Origin: Clostridia bacterium
GTDB taxonomy: Bacteria; Bacillota; Clostridia; Oscillospirales; CAG-272
DNA: 64,000 nucleotides
Assembly: GCA_017456545.1 (NCBI GenBank)
Contig: JAFTJE010000017.1
Coordinates: 6,981 to 70,980, forward strand
Direction: 5' to 3'
Shown: positions 16,221 to 26,226 of the stretch, piece after piece
Numbering within the stretch: the stretch's first letter is position 1
How the letters are laid out: every line of letters begins with the position of its first letter
The notes under the pieces: model-generated
Seen by the model: the letters and a program-made list of their open reading frames with translations, nothing else
Databases searched by the model: none
What the model was told of the DNA's origin: nothing
Position numbers and translations under genes: made by a program

Positions 16221-17837
16221 TCATACCGTTTTCATATAATCCTCAAGCTCGGATTTGATAACGGATACCTGGGGCCCGTATACCACCTGCACTCCTACGC
16301 CCTTTTTGATTACGCCCCTTGCTCCACTCTGCTTGAGCAAGGAATCATTTACCTTTCCAACATCCTTTACGGATACTCGGAGCCTTGTTGCACAGCAATC
16401 AAGTCCCGTAATGTTCTCTTCTCCACCCAAGCCCTCAAGGATAAGAGCCGAGACAGTATCACTGCGTGAGCCCCCCTTTTTCTTTTCCTCGTAGTCAGCT
16501 CTTGTATACAGCTTTACATCCCCGTCTCCGACCTCTCTGTCGGGAGTAGGATAATTCTTTTTCTTAATAAGGAAACGGAACAGTAAAAAGTATATTCCGA
16601 AATATACAAGTCCCACAAGGGGTATCATAATCCAGTTGGTTTTTGCGTTGCCCTGCAATATTCCGAAAAGTGTCAGGTCAATAATACCGCCTGAGAAGGT
16701 CATTCCCACTCCTACATCAAGAATGTGCATAAGCATATAACTGAGTCCTGCGAATACGGAATGTATCACATAAAGTATCGGTGCAACAAAGAGGAAGGTG
16801 AACTCAATAGGCTCTGTTATTCCTGTCAGCATAGAGGTCAAGGCTGCCGATAAAAGAAGACCTCCTGTCGCCTTCTTCTTTGAATCGTCTGCACACACAT
16901 ACATAGCCAATGCTGCTCCCGGCAAGCCAAAAATCATAAAGGGGAATTTTCCACTCATAAATCTTGTTGCGGAGACAGAAAATTTCGTTATATTGGGAGA
17001 TGCAAGCTCAGCGAAGAAAATATTTTGAGCTCCGTATATCATTACTCCGTCAATCAGTGCGGAGCCTCCAACTCCTGTCTGCCAGAAGGGAAGATAGAAT
17101 ACATGGTGTAAGCCAAAGGGAATCAGTATTCTTTCTATAAATCCGTATATAAAGGTTCCCGCATAGCCTGATTTCAGTACCAAATCTCCGAGGGCGTATA
17201 TGCCTGACTGTACATATGGCCAGGCAAAAAACATCACAATGCCAACCAAAAGATATACAGCTGTTGATATAATCGGAACAAAGCGTGTTCCTCCGAAGAA
17301 GGAAATTACATTAGGCAGCTTGATTTTATAGAATCTATTAGTCAAATATGCGACGCCAAGTCCTACTATTATTCCACCGAAAACGCCCATTTGCAGCGAC
17401 TGTATACCAACCACATTAGCGACGGTTCCCTCTGCCATGGCTCCTTCCTCCAGTTTACCTGTGATAAAGAGAAGGGAATTTATAGTCTTGTGCATTACAA
17501 AGAATGCTATGGCAGCCGAAAGGGTTGCCGTTGCTTTTTCATTTTCTGCCATACCGAGGGCAACACCCATAGCGAACAGCAGAGGAAGATTATCAAAAAT
17601 TACAGTTCCAACAGAGGATAGAAGTGTAAAGCAGGAATATAAAAATGTTCCCGGACCCATAATTCCGATAAGATTAAATGCCTCAAGAGTAGTTACATTG
17701 GTAAACGATGCTCCTATTCCAAGCAGTAAGCCTGCTATCGGCAGCAGTGCAATAGGAAGCATAAATGCCCGTCCTACCCTCTGCAGAACGCTGAACACCC
17801 TGCCACTCTTCTTTTCTTTTACTTGTGCGTTTGACAT
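16221..17837 (-). CDS. PTS transporter subunit EIICB (glucose/N-acetylglucosamine family)
   Basis: 538 aa with a polytopic EIIC body and a C-terminal EIIB module carrying the phospho-Cys motif ITGLDCCATRLRVSV. Confidence 0.9.
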   Translation of the reverse strand: MSNAQVKEKKSGRVFSVLQRVGRAFMLPIALLPIAGLLLGIGASFTNVTTLEAFNLIGIMGPGTFLYSCFTLLSSVGTVIFDNLPLLFAMGVALGMAENEKATATLSAAIAFFVMHKTINSLLFITGKLEEGAMAEGTVANVVGIQSLQMGVFGGIIVGLGVAYLTNRFYKIKLPNVISFFGGTRFVPIISTAVYLLVGIVMFFAWPYVQSGIYALGDLVLKSGYAGTFIYGFIERILIPFGLHHVFYLPFWQTGVGGSALIDGVMIYGAQNIFFAELASPNITKFSVSATRFMSGKFPFMIFGLPGAALAMYVCADDSKKKATGGLLLSAALTSMLTGITEPIEFTFLFVAPILYVIHSVFAGLSYMLMHILDVGVGMTFSGGIIDLTLFGILQGNAKTNWIMIPLVGLVYFGIYFLLFRFLIKKKNYPTPDREVGDGDVKLYTRADYEEKKKGGSRSDTVSALILEGLGGEENITGLDCCATRLRVSVKDVGKVNDSLLKQSGARGVIKKGVGVQVVYGPQVSVIKSELEDYMKTV

Positions 17838-17848
17838 ACTATATTCAG

Positions 17849-18328
17849 TTATCCTTTCCTACGGTAATACATAGCTGACGATACTCCGCCTGTGGCTTTA
17901 CCGTACATATATTTTTCTATTTCAATTTCTTCGGGATTTGTGACAAGGACAGCCGTAACAGTAGAGATCCCCCTTGATGAAATATAGTCAAGGTCGCAGC
18001 TGCAAAGCAGCTCTCCAACCTTTACCCTCTGTCCTTCCCTCACCCTTGGAGAAAACCCCTTTCCCTCCAGGGATACACTGTCAACGCCTATGTGAATCAA
18101 TATTTCTATACCATCATTGGTTTTTACGGTGTATGCATGACTTGTATCGGTTACCACCTCCACAATTCCATCAGACGGACTTACTATATTTCCGTTTTCG
18201 GGGATAATACCGTATCCCCTGCCGAGTATCCCCTGTGAAAACACCTCATCGGGTATTTTTTCCGTGGGGATAACCTCTCCGTCGCACACAGCGACAAGAT
18301 TTTTTTCCTTTTTGCCTCCAAAAAGCAT
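17849..18328 (-). CDS. crr: PTS glucose-family EIIA component
   Basis: 159 aa with the EIIA-Glc core GIEILIHIGVDSVSLEGKGF (His pair region). It lies 11 nt upstream of the EIICB gene. Confidence 0.9.
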   Translation of the reverse strand: MLFGGKKEKNLVAVCDGEVIPTEKIPDEVFSQGILGRGYGIIPENGNIVSPSDGIVEVVTDTSHAYTVKTNDGIEILIHIGVDSVSLEGKGFSPRVREGQRVKVGELLCSCDLDYISSRGISTVTAVLVTNPEEIEIEKYMYGKATGGVSSAMYYRRKG

Positions 18329-18497
18329 TCCTATGCCCCTCCCATCCTTTGCCCTGCATTATAGCAGGAGCTTCTCTTTTCATATTCTTTCTTCATCTTT
18401 CCCAATTTATGCATTAAAAAGCTATTTTCATACACAGGATGGGGGATTTTTACATAAATCTTATTGCAACTATCCGATTTGAGCAATTCAAAATTGC

Positions 18498-18526
18498 TTG
18501 ACAGGTATTGTGCGATATGATAAAAT
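18498..18526 (+). promoter_or_regulatory. Sigma-A promoter of the membrane-protein/MutS-like operon
   Basis: TTGACA (18498-18503), 17-nt spacer, TAAAAT (18521-18526) preceded by TGa. The TTG start of the ORF-track entry is this -35 box. Confidence 0.7.
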
Positions 18527-18545
18527 AAAGAAAAGGAGGTGCGTT

Positions 18546-19121
18546 ATGGAATTCTGGATTATTTTAGGATTTATTGTTGTCCTTATACTGTCCACACCTT
18601 TTTTAAGACTATCGCTAAAAAGAATAAGCATGGTAAGACGGCTTAAATCTGCATGCAAAAAGCTTGATTACTCTATAGTAGGCACACATCCACTCTGGTT
18701 TTTCTCTTCATGGAGAAAAAAAGGCTGTGATTTTTACATTATTAAAGCTGATGAAATACTATGCGTAAAACTATTTGCCATGCCGAAATACGAAACCACC
18801 CTTGTCTTTATGAAGGATAACAAATTTTTTACAAGAAAATACATAAAGGCACTTCCAAACCACGGCTTGGTTATGAGCAATCCTATTCAGAGCAAGATAA
18901 AGCTATTACCCGTGTATGATTTTCGTTATAAATTCAGGGTTGAATGGGAGCTGAAAAGGTATCGAAGGGTACTACTTATAAATCCTGTATGTGCTGAGAT
19001 CAAATACGCACCTACCGTTAGTGATGAGCAGACTATCTGCTCCACAGATACGGTAAACGGCTATGAAATTGCATCTTTATCCCGATTTATTTCTTTCTAT
19101 GTGGAGGATATTACTATATGA
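18546..19121 (+). CDS. Bitopic membrane protein, unknown function (paralog of 42598-43209)
   Basis: I place the start at ATG 18546 (MEFWIILGF...) behind RBS AAAGGAGGTG. An N-terminal TM is followed by a basic stretch (RLSLKRISMVRRLKSACKKLDY). The architecture and several boxes match 42598-43209 (IRRACRKYGFK; LLINP vs CIINP). Confidence 0.65.
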   Translation: MEFWIILGFIVVLILSTPFLRLSLKRISMVRRLKSACKKLDYSIVGTHPLWFFSSWRKKGCDFYIIKADEILCVKLFAMPKYETTLVFMKDNKFFTRKYIKALPNHGLVMSNPIQSKIKLLPVYDFRYKFRVEWELKRYRRVLLINPVCAEIKYAPTVSDEQTICSTDTVNGYEIASLSRFISFYVEDITI

Positions 19122-20554
19122 GCACTCTACCCTCATTCCTGGGAAATTTCAGCAAGAGGGAAATATCACATAAGATATTTACCGATTTACAGCTTGATAA
19201 TATTCTTTCCCCTTCTGCAAGAAAAATCCTGGCTTTTCCATGCAACGGCAAGGAAATTTCAAGACGGCAGGAGCTTTTTGCATCTATTTTGGAAAACGAG
19301 GAGGCATTTTCCTTAGTTAAAAATGTAATCTCGGCACTCAATTCATATCAGACCTCCTTCGGTGTATGGGAATCATCTAAGATCCCGGCAGAAAAATGTC
19401 ACCTGTTTGTTAACCTTTTGGAGGAATATCTGAAGGTGTGCGAGGCTTTATGTACACTTGCTCCTCTCGGGGACATATGCCGTGAAATTGCAGACTACTT
19501 TAGCTCCGATGAAATGATAGGCAGACGGACAAAAATGGCACAGAGTGTTCGTAATTCTAAAATTATACTGTCAAAAATCAGTAAATATGTATTCACATAC
19601 GGTGAGTATGCCCAGGTGTCCAAATTCAATGCACCGAGCACATACTACGAGGAGGGTGCAAGACTTTTTGCTAAGCTTGGTCTTACCACTCCCGAAAAGC
19701 GTAAGATGAATGCAAAGCTGCATATTACACTATCCGATGGCGTAACCGAGCTTTTCGGTAAGGAGCATTACCGTATTTCAGCTATGCTAAGTCCCTATCA
19801 GGATATAAATTTCCGTGCCTTGTTTCCGTACATCAGGGAATTGAATTTCTATAAGGAAATGAGAGCATTTTACTATAATGCAGAAGACTATAACCTGCAA
19901 AGGTGCTTTCCCCGTGTAGCATCCGAAAAGCGTTATATATCTAAGGACCTTTACGATATCTCCCTTATCGGCAAGGAATGTAAAAATATAGTTCCCAACG
20001 ACACTTGGTTCGACAAAAACAGTATTTTCTTCTTTTTAACAGGTGCTAACGGCGGTGGTAAAACCACCTATCTCCGTTCCGTTGCCATCAATCTTATACT
20101 GTTTCTTGGAGGAATGCCGATTTTTGCAAGGGAAGCAGAAATTTACCCCTTCTCTTCTATTTATACCCACTTTCCAAAGGATGAACGCTTTGCCTCCACA
20201 GGCAGACTCCACGAGGAAATTATGCGTACTAAGGCCATACTTACCGAATGCGATAACGATGCGTTTATCCTGTTTAACGAGACCTTCAGCGGAACTGATG
20301 ACAAAAAAGGATATGAGCTCCTTTTGGAAACTGCCAATGAGATTGCAGAGAGAAATATCGGTGGTCTTTATGTTACACATTTTCACGAAATAAGAGACAC
20401 CTCCTTCCCTATTTTGGGTGTGGAGGTTGATAAAAGCGATGAAAATAAGAGAACCTATAAAATCACTCAAAAGACCGGAGACCGTAGCTCATTTGCCCAC
20501 GATATTCTCGTCAAATACCGTCTTGATAAGGCATCACTTGAGGAAAGGGGTTAA
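19118..20554 (+). CDS. MutS domain V-type ABC ATPase lacking mismatch-binding domains (MutS-related protein 1)
   Basis: 478 aa. Walker A is LTGANGGGKTTYLRS (compare MutS GPNMGGKST). The Walker B position reads AFILFNETFSGTD (Asn where MutS has Asp). The signature THFHEI is present and the N-terminal half looks helical. The start overlaps the upstream stop (ATGA). Confidence 0.75.
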   Translation: MSTLPSFLGNFSKREISHKIFTDLQLDNILSPSARKILAFPCNGKEISRRQELFASILENEEAFSLVKNVISALNSYQTSFGVWESSKIPAEKCHLFVNLLEEYLKVCEALCTLAPLGDICREIADYFSSDEMIGRRTKMAQSVRNSKIILSKISKYVFTYGEYAQVSKFNAPSTYYEEGARLFAKLGLTTPEKRKMNAKLHITLSDGVTELFGKEHYRISAMLSPYQDINFRALFPYIRELNFYKEMRAFYYNAEDYNLQRCFPRVASEKRYISKDLYDISLIGKECKNIVPNDTWFDKNSIFFFLTGANGGGKTTYLRSVAINLILFLGGMPIFAREAEIYPFSSIYTHFPKDERFASTGRLHEEIMRTKAILTECDNDAFILFNETFSGTDDKKGYELLLETANEIAERNIGGLYVTHFHEIRDTSFPILGVEVDKSDENKRTYKITQKTGDRSSFAHDILVKYRLDKASLEERG

Positions 20555-20556
20555 TT

Positions 20557-22029
20557 ATGTCGCTTGATATTTTATACAGAAATGAAGAATCACTCAAAAA
20601 AGCCGGCAAGATGAATAAGCGTGCCATATATCACATTTGCCTTGACAAATCCCTACAGCTTTTCTTCCCCGATCTTAAAAGGGCCGGTAGCTTTTTTGAT
20701 ATACTTACTCTTCCGTTAACATGTGCTGAGGACATTAAATTCCGTCAGGATATATTTAAGGATTTTATGGAAAATCCAGAGCTGTTCTCTTCTCTTAACG
20801 GATTGTTCGAGAGATTTAAGGAGACCTACGATTCCCATCAGCGTTCAAAAAGTGCTGCCTTCGGAGGAATTGTAAGCTCAGGGGGATCCCTTGGTATTGC
20901 ATCCTCAACACTGCAAATGAATGCACTGTTTTTGAAAAGGGTTCTTTTGTTTATCCGTGAATTTAATAAAGCATTTGAAAAGGCAGAGCTCCATTCCGAG
21001 GGACTTTTACGCCTTCATAAGGATATAATGGAGCTTGCCTGTAACGAAAATGTGCCCGAGGCTATAAAATTCTGTAACAGATTTGAAAGCTTCTCAGTTT
21101 ATAAAAATTCGGATTACAAGATAGAAATAAACAGCGACGGTGCTATTTCTTCCTGTTCTCTTATGGACGATTTATATGTAAAATACGCAACTGTGGAATC
21201 AAAGGGCTTTTTCTCATTCTTCAAAAAGCAAAAGGAGGAAGAGGAAAAGGGATATGCCCTGCTACCCGATATAACTGCAGAATTTTATGACAATCTTGCA
21301 GGTGGTGCGTTATCAGAGCTGTCCCATGCCTTTGAGGACTGGGGAAATCAATTGTACAAAAAATATATAGCCGTATACAATCAGCTATACTTCTATGAAA
21401 TAGGGCTTAAATACGCATCAAGGGTAAGGCACTACGGAGCACCCTGCGTATTTCCCGATATCACCGATAAGCCCGGCTTTGACTATGAGGGACTTTATGA
21501 TATTCTCCTGGTGTTCAGGGATCAGAGCAACAAGAAGGTGGTGCCAAACAGTCTGAGTGCCGATGCAAAGAAGGACGGCATGCTCATTTTTGGAGAAAAC
21601 GGAAGCGGTAAAACGGTATTTCTCCGTTCCCTGGCGTCGATGCAGATTCTCGGTCAGGCAGGCTTACCTATTTCCTGCGAGAGAGCAAGTATATACCCAT
21701 ACACAACCATTCATACTCAATTCTCCGAGGGCGAAAAAATGTTTACCCGTGGCAATGATGCCGGCAGATTTGAGCAGGAGGTAAGCGAAATTGCCGAAAT
21801 GGTGGATAATATATCAGAAAGCTCCCTTGTGATTCTTAACGAAACCTTCCAGACCACGGCATACGATGAGGGTGCAAAGGGACTATATGACATTCTACAG
21901 TATTTTACAAAAAAGAATGTAATGTGGATACTTGTTACACATCTTACACAGCTAAGGGAGCATTACACAAAGGATAATGCATATTTTATGCACACCAACG
22001 GAGAATTCCGTGTGGTTTCCGAGGAATAA
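20557..22029 (+). CDS. MutS domain V-type ABC ATPase (MutS-related protein 2)
   Basis: 490 aa. Walker A is FGENGSGKTVFLRS and the Walker B position reads LVILNETFQTTAYDEG (again Asn). THLTQL is present. It starts 2 nt after the upstream stop. Confidence 0.75.
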   Translation: MSLDILYRNEESLKKAGKMNKRAIYHICLDKSLQLFFPDLKRAGSFFDILTLPLTCAEDIKFRQDIFKDFMENPELFSSLNGLFERFKETYDSHQRSKSAAFGGIVSSGGSLGIASSTLQMNALFLKRVLLFIREFNKAFEKAELHSEGLLRLHKDIMELACNENVPEAIKFCNRFESFSVYKNSDYKIEINSDGAISSCSLMDDLYVKYATVESKGFFSFFKKQKEEEEKGYALLPDITAEFYDNLAGGALSELSHAFEDWGNQLYKKYIAVYNQLYFYEIGLKYASRVRHYGAPCVFPDITDKPGFDYEGLYDILLVFRDQSNKKVVPNSLSADAKKDGMLIFGENGSGKTVFLRSLASMQILGQAGLPISCERASIYPYTTIHTQFSEGEKMFTRGNDAGRFEQEVSEIAEMVDNISESSLVILNETFQTTAYDEGAKGLYDILQYFTKKNVMWILVTHLTQLREHYTKDNAYFMHTNGEFRVVSEE

Positions 22030-22095
22030 ATTTATTATATTTATATCTGTTCATATGTAGATATATTTGAAAAAATTATTTAATTAATAAAAAAA

Positions 22096-22117
22096 GACCT
22101 CGAACGAGGTCTTTTTT
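22096..22117. terminator. Bidirectional intrinsic terminator
   Basis: GACCTC GAAC GAGGTC hairpin flanked by an A-run and a T-run, between convergent stops (22029 + and 22139 -). Confidence 0.75.
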
Positions 22118-22138
22118 ATGTTTACAGGGCATTTTGCC

Positions 22139-22444
22139 TTATTTAATCATTGCTTCCAGCTCCGCCTTGGGTGCAAAGCCAACCTTTTCTGCAATTATTT
22201 CTCTGTTTTTTACTACGAAAATAGAAGGAATACTCATTACACCGAATTTGGAGGCGAGCTCCTCCTCCTCATCTACATTTACCTTACATACCTTAATATC
22301 GGGGTTTTCCTCAGCTATCCGGTCTATCAAAGGGGATACCATCTTACAGGGTCCACACCACACGGCATAAAAGTCTATGAGTATTTTCTTATCACAGTTC
22401 AAAACCTCGTTTTCAAAATTTTCCTTTGTTAATGTAATTACCAT
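22139..22444 (-). CDS. trxA: Thioredoxin
   Basis: 101 aa with the WCGPCK active site. Confidence 0.95.
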   Translation of the reverse strand: MVITLTKENFENEVLNCDKKILIDFYAVWCGPCKMVSPLIDRIAEENPDIKVCKVNVDEEEELASKFGVMSIPSIFVVKNREIIAEKVGFAPKAELEAMIK

Positions 22445-22446
22445 TG

Positions 22447-23805
22447 TTAATCCTCCTTAGTATCTAAATTAAGTATTTGCTCAGCCTCGTCTCCCGGGAG
22501 CATTGCAATATCCCTGAGCTTACGCTGAATGGCTCTTGTTCTTGTGCCTGCAAGAGTGCTAAGCTCATTGCTTGCCTCCTCAACCTTTTTATGTGCCTTA
22601 TCGAGTATACCTGCAAATTTTTCAAATTCTGTCTTAACAGCAGAAAGCAGAACAAACACCTCTGCCGACCGTTTCTGGATTGCAAGAGTCTTAAAGCCCA
22701 TCTGCAAGGCATTGAGAAAAGCTGTCAGGGTAGAGGGGCCTGTTACGGTTATTTTATAATCTCTCTGAAGCTCCTCGAAGAGTCCCATATCTATGGCCTC
22801 TAAATACAGGCCCTCAATGGGAAGGAACATAATCGCAAAATCTGTTGTATAGGGTGGTGCAATGTACTTATCGTGAATATCCTTGGCAAACTTCTTGATA
22901 TTCTGGCGAAGCAGCTTTCTGTTTGAATCAATTTTTTCTTTATTGCATTCATCAATGGCTTCCTTGAGCCTTGTGTAGCTTTCAAGAGGGAATTTTGAGT
23001 CGATAGGCAGATAAACCGCATTTTCATCCCCCGGCATTTTAACAGCAAATTCGACTCTCTCAGTAGCTCCTTTTCTGGTTGCTATATTTTCCTCGTATTG
23101 CTCCCTTGCAAGAAGCTCCCTTATCAGATTCCCGAGTACGATTTCGCCGACTATACCCTTTACCTTTGCGTTCGAAAGCACATTGTTAAGCGAGCTTACA
23201 TCCTTGGCAAGACCCTTTATCTCTCCGATAGCATTATTAACCTCACCTATCTGCTTTATAACATTTTCAAATGACTGTTGAAGTCTTGTGTTCAATGTTT
23301 TTTCCAGCTTTTCGTCAACGGTTTTTTGAATATTCTCCAGCTTTTCGGTATTTTCCTTACGAATTGAAGATAGGTTTTCCTTAACATCATTATTTATCTT
23401 CTCGATAAGAGACGATAGAGCTTTGGAAAAGTCCTCTAATTTTTCCTTTATGCTTTTTGACACAGCCTCATTACTCTGGGTATTTATTTGCATAATATCC
23501 TTGAATGAAGCGTTTAATGTATTTATTGTTGCTATATGATTCTTAGTTTGCGAATCGGCAAGCCTGTTCATATTTTCTGTAAGCTTGGCTATTTCCTTTT
23601 CCACGCTGTCCGAATACGATTTATTAGAAGCGGAAATGCTTGAAATCAGCATAGCACCCATTTCATTTACAGAGGAGGCAACTGCTTTTCTTATCTCCTC
23701 GGTTGAATCCTTTTCTTCCTTTCCTTTTCCCTTAACTACAAGAAAGAGAAGAGCAGAAAGAAGAATTATTGCGATTACATTAAGAACAACCAATAATATA
23801 TCCAT
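22447..23805 (-). CDS. rmuC: DNA recombination protein RmuC
   Basis: 452 aa with an N-terminal TM and a long coiled-coil. The C-terminal region has the RmuC-like box VYLPIDSKFPLESY. Confidence 0.85.
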   Translation of the reverse strand: MDILLVVLNVIAIILLSALLFLVVKGKGKEEKDSTEEIRKAVASSVNEMGAMLISSISASNKSYSDSVEKEIAKLTENMNRLADSQTKNHIATINTLNASFKDIMQINTQSNEAVSKSIKEKLEDFSKALSSLIEKINNDVKENLSSIRKENTEKLENIQKTVDEKLEKTLNTRLQQSFENVIKQIGEVNNAIGEIKGLAKDVSSLNNVLSNAKVKGIVGEIVLGNLIRELLAREQYEENIATRKGATERVEFAVKMPGDENAVYLPIDSKFPLESYTRLKEAIDECNKEKIDSNRKLLRQNIKKFAKDIHDKYIAPPYTTDFAIMFLPIEGLYLEAIDMGLFEELQRDYKITVTGPSTLTAFLNALQMGFKTLAIQKRSAEVFVLLSAVKTEFEKFAGILDKAHKKVEEASNELSTLAGTRTRAIQRKLRDIAMLPGDEAEQILNLDTKED

Positions 23806-23952
23806 ATTTCCTCCTTAATTATAGAATGTAACTAAAGTATATCATTTTATTTGCTTTTTTTCAAGTAATGTAAAATTTTTCTTTGAAATTTAGAATTATA
23901 TGTGTTATACTTATAATAGATAAATATTGTTTACCTTAAGAAAGGACAAAAT

Positions 23953-24318
23953 ATGGCTAAATACAGACAGAACAGAATAAACGATGCCGTAAAAGAGGAA
24001 ATGGCACAAATCCTCCGTGATGTTAAGGACCCTCGCATTGCCGAGGCTCTTGTCTCCATTACAGCAGCAGATGTAAGTGCAGACCTTAAATTCGCAAAGA
24101 TTTTCTATTCAGTATACGGTGGAGACCAAGCAGAGGTTGCCAAGGCTCTCAAAAATGCTCAGGGCTTTTTCCGTTCCGAGCTTGCAAAGAGGATAAATTT
24201 AAGAATAACACCAATGCTTACCTTTGTATATGATTCCTCGGCTGAATACGGAGCAAATATTTCAAAAATATTGAAGGGACTTGACATTAAGCCCTTAGAG
24301 GATGAGGAAAATGACTGA
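23953..24318 (+). CDS. rbfA: Ribosome-binding factor A
   Basis: 121 aa, MAKYRQNRINDAVKEEMAQILRDVKDPRI..., in the typical rbfA-nrnA-truB context. Confidence 0.9.
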   Translation: MAKYRQNRINDAVKEEMAQILRDVKDPRIAEALVSITAADVSADLKFAKIFYSVYGGDQAEVAKALKNAQGFFRSELAKRINLRITPMLTFVYDSSAEYGANISKILKGLDIKPLEDEEND

Positions 24319-25291
24319 TTTAAGCTTTACAGAGGTTTTGACAAGACTGAAGGAGCCCAAAAGGACTGCTATTGTATGCCACAAGAATCCCGACCCCGAC
24401 TGTATCGGCTCTGCAACAGCACTTTCTTATATTCTCACAGAGCTGGGCTCCGAGGCTACTGTTTTATGCAGTGAAAAATTGCCCAAAAGGTTATCCTTTA
24501 TCGCAAGGGATAAGGAAATAATTTATTCCGGAGATTTTTCCGAGTTTGAACGGGTTATATGCGTTGATGTTGCATCTCCTTCACAGATGGGTGAGCTTGA
24601 TAAATACAGCCACAGGGTTGACCTTACTATTGACCATCACACCATGAATACAAGGTTTTCCGACTATTATATGGAGGACTGTGCAGCCTGTGCACAAATA
24701 ATATTCAAAATTGGCGAGGCTCTTAATCTTTACAACAGTCTTCCCCTTGGATTTTTTGAAGCCATCTATGCAGGTATCTCCGGAGATACGGGATGCTTTA
24801 AGTATTCCAATGTTACAAACGAAACACATATTATTGCATCAAAGCTGATTAGCAAGGGAATTGACTGTGCAGAAATTAACAGGCTCATTTTTGACTCCAA
24901 GACCTTTGGAGAGGTGGTAGCGGAAAGGCTTACATATCAGCATATGCAGCTTTACGCTGACGGAAAGCTATCTGTTATTACATTTACAAATAAGATGAAG
25001 GAGGAAAATTCTCTCACCGATGAGGATATAGGCGATATTGTTAATCATATCAGACAGATACAAGGCGTTTTAATTGCCGTATCAATCAAGCAATCCTCAA
25101 AAGACGAAACAAAGTTTTCTGTTTCTTCAAGGTCGAATGCGGATATTGATGTATCCAGACTCTGTGCCATTTTTGGTGGTGGGGGACATTTGCGTGCAGC
25201 AGGCTGTACAGTAATTGCAAGCTCAGCAGAGGAAGCAGAGAGCAAAATAGTATCTGTATTCTCAAAGGATTTAGCAGATTATGGCGAATGA
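24302..25291 (+). CDS. nrnA: DHH/DHHA1 phosphoesterase (NrnA-like oligoribonuclease / pAp phosphatase)
   Basis: Motifs CHKNPDPDCIGS, TIDHH and GGGGH (DHHA1). The start could be 24302 or 24311; neither has an ideal RBS. Confidence 0.85.
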   Translation: MRKMTDLSFTEVLTRLKEPKRTAIVCHKNPDPDCIGSATALSYILTELGSEATVLCSEKLPKRLSFIARDKEIIYSGDFSEFERVICVDVASPSQMGELDKYSHRVDLTIDHHTMNTRFSDYYMEDCAACAQIIFKIGEALNLYNSLPLGFFEAIYAGISGDTGCFKYSNVTNETHIIASKLISKGIDCAEINRLIFDSKTFGEVVAERLTYQHMQLYADGKLSVITFTNKMKEENSLTDEDIGDIVNHIRQIQGVLIAVSIKQSSKDETKFSVSSRSNADIDVSRLCAIFGGGGHLRAAGCTVIASSAEEAESKIVSVFSKDLADYGE

Positions 25292-26189
25292 ATTAAACGG
25301 TGTTATAATAGTAAATAAGCACAAGGGAGTAACCTCCCATGATATAGTCTTCAAAATAAGAAAGCTCTTTGGCACAAAAAAGGTGGGACACACCGGCACA
25401 CTCGACCCAATGGCAGAGGGAGTATTACCCGTGCTTATAGGCAGAGCAGCTAAGGCAGCCGAATATCTTACTGCCGAGGATAAGGGATATGTAGCAGAAA
25501 TACAGCTTGGTATCACCACAGATACAGAGGATACAACCGGTAAAATATTAACAAAATGCGACACTCTCCCCACAAAAGCAGAGCTATTTCGTGCTTGCCA
25601 TCACTTTGTGGGAGATATTAAGCAAATTCCTCCCATGTACAGTGCATTAAAGGTAAACGGTAAAAAGCTGTGTGACCTTGCCCGTGAGGGTATTGAAATT
25701 GAAAGAGAAGCGAGAAGCATACATATTTCTCAAATTATCCCCGAGGAAGTGGATGAAAATGCAGGTATATACCGTCTTACCGTTGATTGCTCAAAGGGTA
25801 CATATATCCGTACTCTTTGTGCCGATATCGGTGCATATCTTGGCTGTGGTGGGGCTATGAGCTCACTCCTTCGTACAAAGAGTGGAAATTTTACTCTTGA
25901 CTGCAGTTATACAATAGAGCAGTTGGAAAATATGACCTATGAGGAAAGATGCAAATTACTAATTCCGACAGAGGAGCTATTTTCGGATTGCGATAAGGTT
26001 GTTCTATCGGACTTTTATTCCCGTCTTGCTAAAAGTGGGTGTGAAATCTATCAAAGCAAAATAAAAACCTTTTACCCCGTGAACAAATTTGTTACTATGT
26101 GGGATACGGACGGATTTTTTGCTCTCGGACAGGTTAGGGAATACCCGAACGGGTCAGCAATTAAAGCTATAAAATTATTTGTAATATAA
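25281..26189 (+). CDS. truB: tRNA pseudouridine(55) synthase
   Basis: 302 aa with the catalytic box VGHTGTLDPMAEGVLPV. Confidence 0.95.
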   Translation: MANELNGVIIVNKHKGVTSHDIVFKIRKLFGTKKVGHTGTLDPMAEGVLPVLIGRAAKAAEYLTAEDKGYVAEIQLGITTDTEDTTGKILTKCDTLPTKAELFRACHHFVGDIKQIPPMYSALKVNGKKLCDLAREGIEIEREARSIHISQIIPEEVDENAGIYRLTVDCSKGTYIRTLCADIGAYLGCGGAMSSLLRTKSGNFTLDCSYTIEQLENMTYEERCKLLIPTEELFSDCDKVVLSDFYSRLAKSGCEIYQSKIKTFYPVNKFVTMWDTDGFFALGQVREYPNGSAIKAIKLFVI

Positions 26190-26194
26190 AAAAA

Positions 26195-26218
26195 CAGACA
26201 CAGAGTGTCTGTTTTTTT
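26195..26218. terminator. Bidirectional intrinsic terminator
   Basis: CAGACAC AGA GTGTCTG hairpin with an A-run upstream and a T7 run downstream, between convergent stops (26189 + and 26227 -). Confidence 0.75.
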
Positions 26219-26226
26219 GTTTTTAA

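Noticed and set aside
18498-18545. TTG start of the 207-aa ORF-track entry
   Set aside because: That TTG is the -35 box (TTGACA) of the operon promoter. ATG 18546 follows AAAGGAGGTG.
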